A DNA stretch of 64,000 bases from an uncultured Pelagibacteraceae bacterium (lineage in GTDB: Bacteria > Pseudomonadota > Alphaproteobacteria > Pelagibacterales > Pelagibacteraceae): assembly GCA_902597335.1 (NCBI GenBank), contig CACJXK010000004.1:57981-121980 (forward strand), in the 5' to 3' direction. A program made the position numbers and the translations under genes. The notes under the pieces are model-generated. The model saw only the letters and a list, made by a program, of their open reading frames with translations. It ran no database searches and was not told where the DNA came from. Below, piece by piece: positions 38,145 through 47,559 of the stretch. Numbering within the stretch: the stretch's first letter is position 1; each line of letters starts with the position of its first letter.

Positions 38145-39596
38145 ATGAGTCAAAATATAGAATTAAAAAATTTTGAATTAGCTACAGTTAATCCAAATAA
38201 CAAAACATGGACTTCAGCTGATTTGTTCTGTTTCTGGGCTAACAGCATTCAAACTATTGCTGGATTTGCTCTTATAACTTCTCTGTATTTACTATATAAT
38301 TTAAATTCTTTTTTAGTCTTTACTTCTTCAATAGCTGCATCAATTCTTGTTTATTTATTCATTTCCTTAATTGGTCATCCATCTCAAAAGCATGGATTGC
38401 CTTTTCCTGTAATGATGAGGATGTCCATGGGGTTAAATGGTGCAAGATATTTAAGTTTATTAAGATCAATCGTTGGAATATTTATGTTTGGAATACAAAC
38501 ATACTTCATATCTAAATCTATAACTTATTTAATAAGAATTATTATTTATTATGGAATTGATGCACAAATCTTAGAAAATGAGTTTGTTTTAACATTTTTT
38601 CTTGGATTGAATATTATAGATTGGGTTTCGTTAATAATAACTTTTTTCATTCAATATTTTTTATTTACAAATGGTCAAAGATATAATCAAGGATTTTTAA
38701 AATTTTCAGCAATTTTAGTTTACTTTGGATTAATTTTCTTTTTTGTTATGCTTGTGGCTGAAAATAGTACTCAAATATTTCAATCTTTAAAATCTAATAC
38801 CGCTAACACAAATCTAATTTCTAAATCAAATATCATGCCATTTATTATTCTTACTGGAACAATTTTTTCATACTTTTCGATTGTTCTTTTAAATTATGGT
38901 GATTTTTCAAGATATGTAAAAACTAATAAAGACTTAAAAATAGGAAATTTATTTTTGTTTTTAAATATGATTGTCTTTTCATTTCTTGCAACTACTATCG
39001 TAATAGGAGTTGACGTTTTGTTAAATCAAAAACTTGTGGTAGTTGACCAAATAATTACAAAACCAATGGATATAATAGGAAAGATTGATAATGTATACCT
39101 CACTGTATACGCATTAATTTTTATAATATTTTCTTCTCTTTCAACTAATTTAATAACCAACTATGTTCCATCTCAAAATTGTTTAATTAATTTTTTACCT
39201 AAAAATCTAAACCTAAAAAGTGCTGGAATATTAATTTTAATTTTTGGGCTTATAGCAGGCGGTTTGTGGACTTCTTTATTAAGCCAAACAGATGTTATAA
39301 AATTTATAGATGCTTTAGCAGCATTTTTTGGACCAATTTTTGGAATTATTATTGCAGATTACTATTCTGTTAAAAAAGAACAAGTTAACCATAAAGATCT
39401 TTTTTTTATTAGACCTGAAAATGAATATACTTACTCAAGAGGATGGAACTTCAAAGCCTTATACGCATTATTAATTGGTTTTATTTTTTCTTTTACAATT
39501 ATTTGGAATATGAATTTTGCTGATTTTAAAACTTTTTCATGGATTATAGGATTTGTCGTTTCATATATTATGTATTATCTTCTAAATGAAAAATAA
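38145..39596 (+). CDS. NCS1 family nucleobase:cation symporter (divergent)
   Basis: G.PSQKHGLPFPV..R.S.G..GA, N..DFSRY, N...NYVP, GPIFGIIIADYY and G.N.KA. Confidence 0.85.
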   Translation: MSQNIELKNFELATVNPNNKTWTSADLFCFWANSIQTIAGFALITSLYLLYNLNSFLVFTSSIAASILVYLFISLIGHPSQKHGLPFPVMMRMSMGLNGARYLSLLRSIVGIFMFGIQTYFISKSITYLIRIIIYYGIDAQILENEFVLTFFLGLNIIDWVSLIITFFIQYFLFTNGQRYNQGFLKFSAILVYFGLIFFFVMLVAENSTQIFQSLKSNTANTNLISKSNIMPFIILTGTIFSYFSIVLLNYGDFSRYVKTNKDLKIGNLFLFLNMIVFSFLATTIVIGVDVLLNQKLVVVDQIITKPMDIIGKIDNVYLTVYALIFIIFSSLSTNLITNYVPSQNCLINFLPKNLNLKSAGILILIFGLIAGGLWTSLLSQTDVIKFIDALAAFFGPIFGIIIADYYSVKKEQVNHKDLFFIRPENEYTYSRGWNFKALYALLIGFIFSFTIIWNMNFADFKTFSWIIGFVVSYIMYYLLNEK

Positions 39597-39598
39597 TT

Positions 39599-40603
39599 AT
39601 GAAAGCTTTAGTTTATACTGGCGTTGAAGAACTTACTTATAGAGATGAAAAAGATCCAACTGAAATAAGTGGAGAAAGTATTTTAAAAGTTCACGCTTCA
39701 GGGATTTGTGGGTCAGATATGCACGCATATCACGGCAAAGATGAAAGAAGAATTCCACCATTAATACTCGGTCATGAGGTAAGTGGAAAAATTCAAAATG
39801 GTAAATTTAAGGATAAAAATGTTGTATTGAATCCATTAATCACGTGCGGAAAATGTGAGTATTGTACTAACGGACGCGAGCATTTATGTCCAAACAGAGT
39901 TTTATTAGGAATGAATAGACCATACGAGAGAAGTGGAGTATTTGCGGAACTTGTTTCAACTCCAAATCAAAATATCTATGAAATTCCAGATCGATTGGAT
40001 TTAAGCGAAGCAACAATTGCTGAACCCACTGCGGTATCATTGCATGCTGTATTGATGGGAGAGACATCTTTGAAAAAACCTCTCTCTGAATGTAGAACTT
40101 TGGTACAAGGAGCAGGTGCAATTGGATTATTATGCTCATTAATTTTGTCTAAAATTAAAGGAAATAAAAATATAATTATGTCTGATCCAAATAAACTAAG
40201 ATTAGATGTATGTTCAAAATATTTCGATGGTAAGTTTGTAAAACCAAATGATAAAGAGGTTGAAGAAAATAGTTTTGATATTGTTTTTGATACAGTAGGA
40301 TTAGAAGTGTCTCGACAACAAGCGATATCTGTAATCAAACCTGGCGGCAGTATTATTCATATAGGTTTAACACAACCATCTGGTACGTTTAATTTTAGAA
40401 AGGCAACACTCCAGGAAGTGACATTTATAGGCACCTACTGTTATACTAATAAAGATTTTGAAAATACAATTAAGATTTTAGCAGATAAAAAGATAGGCGA
40501 CCTAACTTGGATTGAGTACCGCGAACTTAAAAAAGGAGCTGAAGCTTTTAAACAAATCCATGATGGTAGTTGTTCTGCTCCAAAAATTGTCTTATTGCCT
40601 TAG
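39599..40603 (+). CDS. Zinc-dependent medium-chain alcohol dehydrogenase (HpsP-like)
   Basis: MKALVYTG, GICGSDMHAY.G.DERR..PLILGHE, structural Zn CGKCEYC......LC, GAGAIG. Confidence 0.87.
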   Translation: MKALVYTGVEELTYRDEKDPTEISGESILKVHASGICGSDMHAYHGKDERRIPPLILGHEVSGKIQNGKFKDKNVVLNPLITCGKCEYCTNGREHLCPNRVLLGMNRPYERSGVFAELVSTPNQNIYEIPDRLDLSEATIAEPTAVSLHAVLMGETSLKKPLSECRTLVQGAGAIGLLCSLILSKIKGNKNIIMSDPNKLRLDVCSKYFDGKFVKPNDKEVEENSFDIVFDTVGLEVSRQQAISVIKPGGSIIHIGLTQPSGTFNFRKATLQEVTFIGTYCYTNKDFENTIKILADKKIGDLTWIEYRELKKGAEAFKQIHDGSCSAPKIVLLP

Positions 40604-40651
40604 TGAATTGGCAATATTGAAAAAAAAATAAAACCGTCTATAGAAGCTTTC

Positions 40652-41302
40652 ATGAAAAAAATTTTATTATTAATTTTATGCTCAATTATATTATCTCCAG
40701 TATCTAAAGCTGAAGAAAAAGTAATATTTGATTTTACGGAAGAGGAACTCTCTAACTTACAAGTTAGAAAAGTTAGAGGTGCTGATGCTAAAACGATTTA
40801 TACAATTGGACAAAACGAAAATGGAAATTACTTAAAAGCAATAGCAAATAATGCAGCTTCTGGATTGGGTAAAGAAATAAAAATAGATTTAGACGCCACT
40901 CCTTATATTAATATTACTTGGAAAGTTGAAAAAGATTTAAAAGGAATAAAAGAGAATACAAAAAAAGGACATGATTTTGCTGCGAGAGTTTTTGTTATTA
41001 AAAAAACAGGTGCTACACCACTATCGAATAGAGCTATCAATTATGTTTATTCTAGCAATTTAAATATTGATGATAATATGCCAAGTCCATATACAAAAAA
41101 ATCGATAGATTACGTTTTATCTACTACAAAAAATAATTTTGATGAATGGGTAACGGTCAAAGCAAATGTAAAAGAAGGTTTTAAAAAACTTCATAATCTA
41201 GATGTTAAGGAACTAGATGGGGTTGCAATTATGGCTGATACTGATAACTCAAAAATGACAGCAATTAGCTATTATCAAAATATTTTTTTTTCGTCTCAGT
41301 AA
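40652..41302 (+). CDS. Exported DUF3047-like protein
   Basis: Signal peptide. TP.I.I.WKV, E..K.G.DFAARV.V and GVAIM.D.DN. Confidence 0.75.
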   Translation: MKKILLLILCSIILSPVSKAEEKVIFDFTEEELSNLQVRKVRGADAKTIYTIGQNENGNYLKAIANNAASGLGKEIKIDLDATPYINITWKVEKDLKGIKENTKKGHDFAARVFVIKKTGATPLSNRAINYVYSSNLNIDDNMPSPYTKKSIDYVLSTTKNNFDEWVTVKANVKEGFKKLHNLDVKELDGVAIMADTDNSKMTAISYYQNIFFSSQ

Positions 41303-41303
41303 C

Positions 41304-41441
41304 TTATCTAATGTAATTTTTAAGGACTAAACTTAAAAACGAAAGCAAGATTGCAGCAATAACATCAAAAAGAGGTGATGCATCAGGATATCCAAAATTC
41401 CAAATAATAACTCCTATAAGCCAGATAATATATATTTTCAT
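41304..41441 (-). CDS. Small membrane protein (45 aa), not in the ORF track
   Basis: MKIYIIWLIGVIIWNFGYPDASPLFDVIAAILLSFLSLVLKNYIR*. Two short hydrophobic helices. Fills most of a 180-nt gap. Confidence 0.7.
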   Translation of the reverse strand: MKIYIIWLIGVIIWNFGYPDASPLFDVIAAILLSFLSLVLKNYIR

Positions 41442-41483
41442 AATAAATAATCATTAGTATATATATTCTTTGTCTTTGGTAAT

Positions 41484-41885
41484 ATGTTTAATATGGAATT
41501 TAAATCGAGATTTAAAGTTTACTACGAAGATACAGATAGTGGAGGAGTAGTTTATTATGCTAATTATTTAAAATTTTTAGAGCGAGCTAGAACAGATGCG
41601 ATTACTTCATTAGATTTTAGTAATAATAAACTTGTTGAAAAATTTGGGATTTTCATAATAGTAAAATCTTGTAATTTAAATTTCCTAAGACCAGCAAAGC
41701 TAGAAGATAATTTAGATATTATTTCAAAAGTAATAGAAGTTAAAAATGTATCAATCAAAATGAAACAAAATATTTTTGTTAATGACAGTATGATTGTTGA
41801 AGCAGAAATATTGTTAGCCTCAGTAAACAATGAGGGAAAACCATCAAAACTTCCAGATGAATTCAAAAACGAACTAATTAAATAG
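41484..41885 (+). CDS. ybgC: YbgC/FadM family acyl-CoA thioesterase
   Basis: VYYEDTDSGGVVYYANYLKFLERART. The start may be 41493. Confidence 0.88.
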   Translation: MFNMEFKSRFKVYYEDTDSGGVVYYANYLKFLERARTDAITSLDFSNNKLVEKFGIFIIVKSCNLNFLRPAKLEDNLDIISKVIEVKNVSIKMKQNIFVNDSMIVEAEILLASVNNEGKPSKLPDEFKNELIK

Positions 41886-42552
41886 CTTTTTTTATCTTAA
41901 GAAATAAATTTGTCATTTTTTTTATATCAATTCTTCCAGTATTTACATTTCTTGGGCTTGGATGATAAGAACCGACTAATATAATATTATTTGGTAATTT
42001 ATAAAATTTACTATGCCCAAACTTAATATCAGGCTCTATTTGTAATTGTTGTTTATAAAACATTACACAAGTGTCAAAAGCTATTCTCCCAAGCGCTACA
42101 ACAATTTTTAAATTTTTCAAATTTTCTATTTCATTATTGAAATATTTAAAACAATTATTTAATTCATTTCTAGTTGGTTTATCTCCTGGTGGTACACATT
42201 TTAAAGCTGTAGTTATAAAACTATCATTTAGTCTCAGCCCGTCACTTATATGAATTGAATTTGGTTTATTTGACAATTTTGCTTTATGAAGGCATTTGTA
42301 TAAAAATTCAGATGATCTATCGCCTGTAAAAACTCTTCCAGTTCTATTCCCTCCATGAGCTGCTGGTGCTAAACCAACTAATAATATTCTTGCCTTCCTA
42401 TCACCAAAGCCGGTTATTGGTTTTCCCCAGTATTTTTCATTAATATATTGTTTTCTTTTGTCTTTTGCTATTTGGCTTCTAAAGTTTACAAGTCTTGGGC
42501 ATTTTTTGCAGTTTATTATTGAGTTTTCTAGTTGATCAAAACTTTTATTCAT
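41878..42552 (-). CDS. Uracil-DNA glycosylase family 5 (UdgB-like, 4Fe-4S)
   Basis: CKKCPRL, GLAPAAHGGNRTGRVFTGD, KCVPP.DKP...E..NC and YHPSP.N. Confidence 0.9.
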   Translation of the reverse strand: MNKSFDQLENSIINCKKCPRLVNFRSQIAKDKRKQYINEKYWGKPITGFGDRKARILLVGLAPAAHGGNRTGRVFTGDRSSEFLYKCLHKAKLSNKPNSIHISDGLRLNDSFITTALKCVPPGDKPTRNELNNCFKYFNNEIENLKNLKIVVALGRIAFDTCVMFYKQQLQIEPDIKFGHSKFYKLPNNIILVGSYHPSPRNVNTGRIDIKKMTNLFLKIKKAI

Positions 42553-42601
42553 AAATTTAATTTTTTAATCATCATTTCTTATACTATAATTAATTATAAT
42601 T

Positions 42602-43456
42602 ATGAACGTAGGTTTTATCGGTGTCGGCTATATGGGTTATGGGATAGCTAAAAATATTTTAAAAAAAGGAAATAATCTATTTGTTATTGCAAATAAAAAA
42701 AGGGCACCCATTGATAAGATCGTAAGTGATGGCGCAACAGAGGTTCAAACCTACGAAGAATTATGTGAAAAAAATTTAGATGCCTTGTTCTTTTGTGTAA
42801 CAAATACTCCAATAGCTTTAAGTATTGCAGAAACAGTGTCAACTTTATTAAAAGATAGCACATTAATAATTGATGTTACGACACATAATCAAAATGGATC
42901 CATTAAGATGGAACAAATTTTTGCAAATCAAAGAATTAATTATATCGAGTGTCCTGTAATGGGTGGGCCAGTCCAAGCAGAAGAAGGAGTATGTGGAGGA
43001 ATAGTCGGAGCCTCTGAAGAAAATTTTAAAAAAGCTGAAATATATTTAAAAACTTTTTGCAAAGATTATTTTCATTTTGGTGAAGTTGGAAAAGGAGCAA
43101 AATCAAAGTTATTAAATAATTTCTTATCATTAGGAACAGCAACGAATGTGATTGAATTTATTAAGAGTGCAAAAAAATTAGATATTGATTTAGAAAAACT
43201 TTTTGCAGTTGCAAAGCTTGGATCAGGTAATTCAACAGCTTTAAATAGAATTTTTGATAATGTCCTTAAGGACGATTATACTGGATTTAAATTTTCAACT
43301 TCCAACACTTTAAAAGATCTTACCTATATACATGAAATGCTCAAAGATTTAGGTAATGCAGAAAAATTAGCTGATGTAAAAAAGTCTATTTACAAAAAAG
43401 CAGTAGATGATGGTAATGGAGATCTCTTCATAAGCGAACTAATACAAAAAGATTAA
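42602..43456 (+). CDS. NAD(P)-dependent beta-hydroxyacid dehydrogenase (GarR/MmsB family)
   Basis: GFIGVGYMG, CPVMGGP and KLLNN, KDL.Y. Confidence 0.85.
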   Translation: MNVGFIGVGYMGYGIAKNILKKGNNLFVIANKKRAPIDKIVSDGATEVQTYEELCEKNLDALFFCVTNTPIALSIAETVSTLLKDSTLIIDVTTHNQNGSIKMEQIFANQRINYIECPVMGGPVQAEEGVCGGIVGASEENFKKAEIYLKTFCKDYFHFGEVGKGAKSKLLNNFLSLGTATNVIEFIKSAKKLDIDLEKLFAVAKLGSGNSTALNRIFDNVLKDDYTGFKFSTSNTLKDLTYIHEMLKDLGNAEKLADVKKSIYKKAVDDGNGDLFISELIQKD

Positions 43457-43627
43457 TTATTCATTTTTTTTATCAGCAAATACAATAGCTATAAGCAATA
43501 ATGCTGTCCAAAACATTGCTGCTAAACTTTTGATAGCACTCGTTTCAGCACCCCATAAATCAAAAACAAATGCTCCAATAAGAATTCCAATTATATAAAT
43601 TATTACTACTAATTTAGTCTGAGTCAT
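43457..43627 (-). CDS. Small membrane protein (56 aa), not in the ORF track
   Basis: MTQTKLVVIIYIIGILIGAFVFDLWGAETSAIKSLAAMFWTALLLIAIVFADKKNE*. Overlaps the upstream gene end and abuts the convergent stop codon. Confidence 0.75.
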   Translation of the reverse strand: MTQTKLVVIIYIIGILIGAFVFDLWGAETSAIKSLAAMFWTALLLIAIVFADKKNE

Positions 43628-43871
43628 TTAGTTGTTTCTTTTTAAATAGTGACATTCCATTATTTTTTTTATGTTCATAAGATTCTTTGAAACTTTCCAA
43701 CTGCCATCCTAGCATCCTCTTTTGAATATCTTCTAAATTTTGTTTTTTCCACTCATCACTTGTATTTTGGTCTTTCCAAATCTTCTTTTCATCATTGTCT
43801 CTTCCACAGCCATAGCAATATCCAGTTACAGGATCCATTTTGCAAATACTTATACAAGGCGAAATTATCAT
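43614..43871 (-). CDS. DUF1289 family small Cys-rich protein
   Basis: SPCISIC......GYCYGCGR...E...W. Confidence 0.85.
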   Translation of the reverse strand: MIISPCISICKMDPVTGYCYGCGRDNDEKKIWKDQNTSDEWKKQNLEDIQKRMLGWQLESFKESYEHKKNNGMSLFKKKQLNDSD

Positions 43872-43952
43872 TTTTTTATATATTTATATCTTTTTACACT
43901 ATTATTCTGATTGGACAAATTAGATCAATACTATATAAAACACCATAAATTT

Positions 43953-44037
43953 GGGCGAGTGGCGGAATTGGTAGACGCGTTGGTCTTAGGAACCAATAGT
44001 GCAAGCTGTGAAGGTTCGAGTCCTTTCTCGCCTACCA
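43953..44037 (+). tRNA. tRNA-Leu(TAG)
   Basis: Acceptor GGGCGAG/CTCGCCT, anticodon stem TTGGT/ACCAA with TAG, long variable arm, GGTTCGAGTCC, encoded CCA. Confidence 0.96.
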
Positions 44038-44047
44038 TATTAAAAAT

Positions 44048-45505
44048 ATGAAAGTAACAGTAGAAAATAAAAAAGGTTTAGAAAAAGATCTTAAAGTATT
44101 CATAGACAAAAAAACTATCTCAGACTTTATGGATGAGAAATATGAAGAAATAAGAAAGGATGTTGTAATAAAGGGTTTCAGACCTGGCAAAGTGCCTACT
44201 GAAATATTAAAAAGACAATTTGGTAAAGCTGTTTACGGTGAAGTAATTGATAAGTTGCTAAAAGATACAACAACAAAAGCTTTAGAAGAAAATAAGATCA
44301 AACCAGCCGGACAACCTAAAATAGATTTAAAGTCTTTTGGTGAAGGTAAAGATTTAGAATACATTATTTCAGTTACCGAGCTACCCAAAGTTTCTGCTAA
44401 AGGATTAAGCTCAATCAAAGTAATTGAGTATGTTGTAAAAATTGATCCAAAAGAAACCGATAAAAGAATTAGTGAAATTGCAAAAAGTCAAAATAATTTT
44501 AAAGATGCAGAAGCAAATTATAGCTCAAAATTGAATGATCTTGTAATTTTTGATTATAAAGGGACTATTGACGGCAAAGAATTTAAAGGTAACGAGGGTA
44601 AAAATACTCAATTAATTCTTGGAAAAGATTTGTTTATAAAAGGTTTTGATAAACAATTAGAAGGTGTTAAATCAGGTGACACAAAAAATGTAGAAGTAAA
44701 TCTTCCTGAAAATTTTCCTGAAAAAGACCTTATTAATAAAAATGCTGTGTTTGAATGTAAGATTACAGCAGTGAGAATTCCAGAAGAAGTAAAAGTTAAT
44801 GATGATTTTGCTAAAAATATGGGTGCCAAAGATTTAGCAAATTTAAAAGAACTTATTACAAAACAAATTAATGATGAATATAAAAACTCATTAAATATGA
44901 TTACAAAAAAAAGTATTCTTGAGCAAATAGAAAAAGAAAAACTTGAACAATTACCTGGCAATCTAATTGAACAGGAGGTTAAAATATTATCTCAAGGAAT
45001 GAAGGAAGATGAAGTTAAAAAAAACCAAAAATCATTAGAGGACCAAGCTAAAAAAAGAATTAAAACTGGATTAATCTTAAATGCTTTTGGTGAAGAAAAT
45101 AAAATTAATGTGTCTCAGGAAGAAATTAATGTAGAAATACAAAAACAATTTAGAATGATGCCAGGTCAAGAAAAGATTGTTAAAGATTATTATGAACAAA
45201 ATCCAGCAGCCATAGATAGTTTAAGAGGACAAATTTATGAAGAAAAAATAATTGAAGAAATAAAGAAAAAAGCAAATATTACTAAAAAAGAAATTACCAA
45301 AGAAGAAGCTGAGAAAATTTTAAAACAAGAAAATGAAAATAACATTAAAGAGCAAGCTAAACTTGCTAAAGAAGATGGAGATCAAAAAAATAAGAAAAAA
45401 ACAGATCCAAAAAAAAAAGAGGTAAAAACAAAATCTAAAGAAACTAAAAAAACTAAAACTCCCGCATCAAAACCTAAGAAAGCAAAAAAGGTTAGCAAAA
45501 AGTAA
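44048..45505 (+). CDS. tig: Trigger factor
   Basis: GFRPGKVP ribosome-binding motif and FKBP domain. tRNA-Leu-tig-clpP synteny. Confidence 0.96.
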   Translation: MKVTVENKKGLEKDLKVFIDKKTISDFMDEKYEEIRKDVVIKGFRPGKVPTEILKRQFGKAVYGEVIDKLLKDTTTKALEENKIKPAGQPKIDLKSFGEGKDLEYIISVTELPKVSAKGLSSIKVIEYVVKIDPKETDKRISEIAKSQNNFKDAEANYSSKLNDLVIFDYKGTIDGKEFKGNEGKNTQLILGKDLFIKGFDKQLEGVKSGDTKNVEVNLPENFPEKDLINKNAVFECKITAVRIPEEVKVNDDFAKNMGAKDLANLKELITKQINDEYKNSLNMITKKSILEQIEKEKLEQLPGNLIEQEVKILSQGMKEDEVKKNQKSLEDQAKKRIKTGLILNAFGEENKINVSQEEINVEIQKQFRMMPGQEKIVKDYYEQNPAAIDSLRGQIYEEKIIEEIKKKANITKKEITKEEAEKILKQENENNIKEQAKLAKEDGDQKNKKKTDPKKKEVKTKSKETKKTKTPASKPKKAKKVSKK

Positions 45506-45537
45506 TCACAAGTTGTATAAGATTAATCGAATCGATT

Positions 45538-46149
45538 ATGACTAATAAAATTCCAGAACAATTAAACACCCTAATACCTATGGTTGTCGAACAATCTAGT
45601 AGAGGTGAAAGAGCTTACGATATTTATTCAAGGCTACTCAAAGAAAGAATAGTATTTGTAGTTGGACCCATAAATGATGCAGTAGCATCCTTAGTTACCG
45701 CACAGTTATTATTTTTAGAATCTGAAGATCCAAAAAAAGAAATTTCTTTATACATAAATAGTCCAGGAGGACTTGTAACTGCTGGACTTGGTATTTACGA
45801 TACGATGCAATATATAAAACCAGAAATAAGTACTCTTTGTATTGGTCAAGCAGCAAGTATGGGTTCATTTTTATTGGCAGCAGGTTCTAAAGAAAAAAGA
45901 TTTTCATTACCAAATTCAAGAATAATGGTTCATCAGCCCTCAGCTGGTTTTCAAGGCCAGGCAACAGACATTGAAATTCATGCCAATGAAGTTTTGTCAT
46001 TAAAGAAAAGATTAAATGAAATTTACTCAAAACATACAGGAAAATCTGTCGATGAAATTAAATCGGCGTTAGAAAGAGACAACTTTATGACTCCAGATAA
46101 TGCAAAAAGTTTTGGCCTAATAGACAAAGTGGTAGAAAAGAGAGAGTAA
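45538..46149 (+). CDS. clpP: ATP-dependent Clp protease proteolytic subunit
   Basis: [24 protein letters not shown] and MVHQP. Confidence 0.97.
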   Translation: MTNKIPEQLNTLIPMVVEQSSRGERAYDIYSRLLKERIVFVVGPINDAVASLVTAQLLFLESEDPKKEISLYINSPGGLVTAGLGIYDTMQYIKPEISTLCIGQAASMGSFLLAAGSKEKRFSLPNSRIMVHQPSAGFQGQATDIEIHANEVLSLKKRLNEIYSKHTGKSVDEIKSALERDNFMTPDNAKSFGLIDKVVEKRE

Positions 46150-46237
46150 GTCACAATATATAGTTTGTTCACAACCTATACTTGATTACTTTATATTAAA
46201 TGTATTAAAGTATGTTTATTGATTCGAAATATAAATT

Positions 46238-47497
46238 ATGAGCAACAATAAAAATATTCTCTACTGTTCTTTTTGTGGCAAGAGCCAACACGAAGTTAGA
46301 AAGTTAATAGCTGGACCAACCGTTTTCATTTGTGATGAATGTGTAGAACTCTGCATGGATATCATAAAAGAAGAGAGCAAAGATAATTTTGTAAAACATC
46401 AGGATGGCTTACCGCTTCCAAAAGAAATATGCAAAGTTTTAGATGACTATGTAATTGGACAATCCCATGCAAAAAAAGTTTTATCTGTTGCAGTTCATAA
46501 TCATTACAAAAGATTAAACTATGAAAATAAAACAAGTAAAACAGTTGAGCTTTCTAAATCAAATATTTTATTGGTTGGACCCACAGGTTGTGGAAAAACA
46601 TTGTTAGCCCAAACTCTTGCAAGGATACTTGATGTGCCTTTTACTATGGCAGACGCAACTACTTTAACCGAAGCTGGGTATGTAGGTGAAGATGTTGAAA
46701 ATATAATTCTAAAATTATTACAAGCAGCAGATTATAATGTTGAAAAAGCTCAAAGGGGAATTGTTTATATAGATGAGGTTGATAAAATTAGCAGAAAGTC
46801 AGAAAATCCATCTATCACTAGAGATGTATCAGGAGAAGGTGTTCAACAAGCATTATTAAAAATTATGGAGGGAACAGTTGCAAGTGTTCCACCTCAGGGT
46901 GGAAGAAAACATCCTCAACAAGAATTTTTACAAGTAGACACAACTAATATTCTTTTTATATGTGGAGGAGCATTTGCAGGATTAGATAAGATTATATCTC
47001 AAAGAGACAAAGGGTCTTCTATTGGATTTGGAGCAGAAGTTAAAACTTTGGAAGATAAAAAGACTGGTGAATGGATGAAAAACTTAGAGCCAGAGGATTT
47101 ATTAAGATATGGACTTATTCCAGAATTTATTGGACGTTTGCCAATTACAGCTACATTGGAGGACTTGGATGAAAAATCTTTAATAAAGATTTTGCTAGAG
47201 CCAAAAAACTCATTGATAAAACAATACCAAGAACTTTTCAGATTAGAAGGTGTGAAATTAACATTTAAAGATCAAGCTGTAAAAGATATAGCTAATAAAG
47301 CTATAAGTAAAAAAACAGGTGCTAGGGGACTAAGATCAATCTTGGAAAACTTGTTACTAAAAACTATGTTTGATCTACCAGGCCAGGAAAATATAGAAGA
47401 AGTCATAATTGATGCTGGAGCCACCAAAGGTACTTCGCAGCCAATAATTGTTCATACTAAGAACAAATCAAAAACAGAGAAGACTTCTGCGGCTTAA
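46238..47497 (+). CDS. clpX: ATP-dependent Clp protease ATP-binding subunit
   Basis: CSFCGK zinc finger, [22 protein letters not shown] and IGF loop. Confidence 0.97.
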   Translation: MSNNKNILYCSFCGKSQHEVRKLIAGPTVFICDECVELCMDIIKEESKDNFVKHQDGLPLPKEICKVLDDYVIGQSHAKKVLSVAVHNHYKRLNYENKTSKTVELSKSNILLVGPTGCGKTLLAQTLARILDVPFTMADATTLTEAGYVGEDVENIILKLLQAADYNVEKAQRGIVYIDEVDKISRKSENPSITRDVSGEGVQQALLKIMEGTVASVPPQGGRKHPQQEFLQVDTTNILFICGGAFAGLDKIISQRDKGSSIGFGAEVKTLEDKKTGEWMKNLEPEDLLRYGLIPEFIGRLPITATLEDLDEKSLIKILLEPKNSLIKQYQELFRLEGVKLTFKDQAVKDIANKAISKKTGARGLRSILENLLLKTMFDLPGQENIEEVIIDAGATKGTSQPIIVHTKNKSKTEKTSAA

Positions 47498-47524
47498 TAA
47501 AAGTTAATAAACAAAAATTTCCTA

Positions 47525-47551
47525 TTGCATTATAAAATATAATATCCATAT
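47525..47551 (+). promoter_or_regulatory. Putative RpoH (sigma32)-like promoter of lon, possibly giving a leaderless mRNA
   Basis: TTGCAT-15 nt-CCATAT, ending 8 nt before the ATG. No Shine-Dalgarno. Confidence 0.4.
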
Positions 47552-47559
47552 TTGACAAT

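Noticed and set aside
43953-44037. tRNA-Leu as an integration site bounding a genomic island
   Set aside because: I saw no integrase or duplicated tRNA 3' end. tig starts 10 nt downstream, and composition looks similar on both sides.
45380-45505. Lys-rich, histone-like C-terminal tail of trigger factor
   Set aside because: Low-complexity Lys-rich tails are common on alphaproteobacterial trigger factors, and this is not a DNA repeat.
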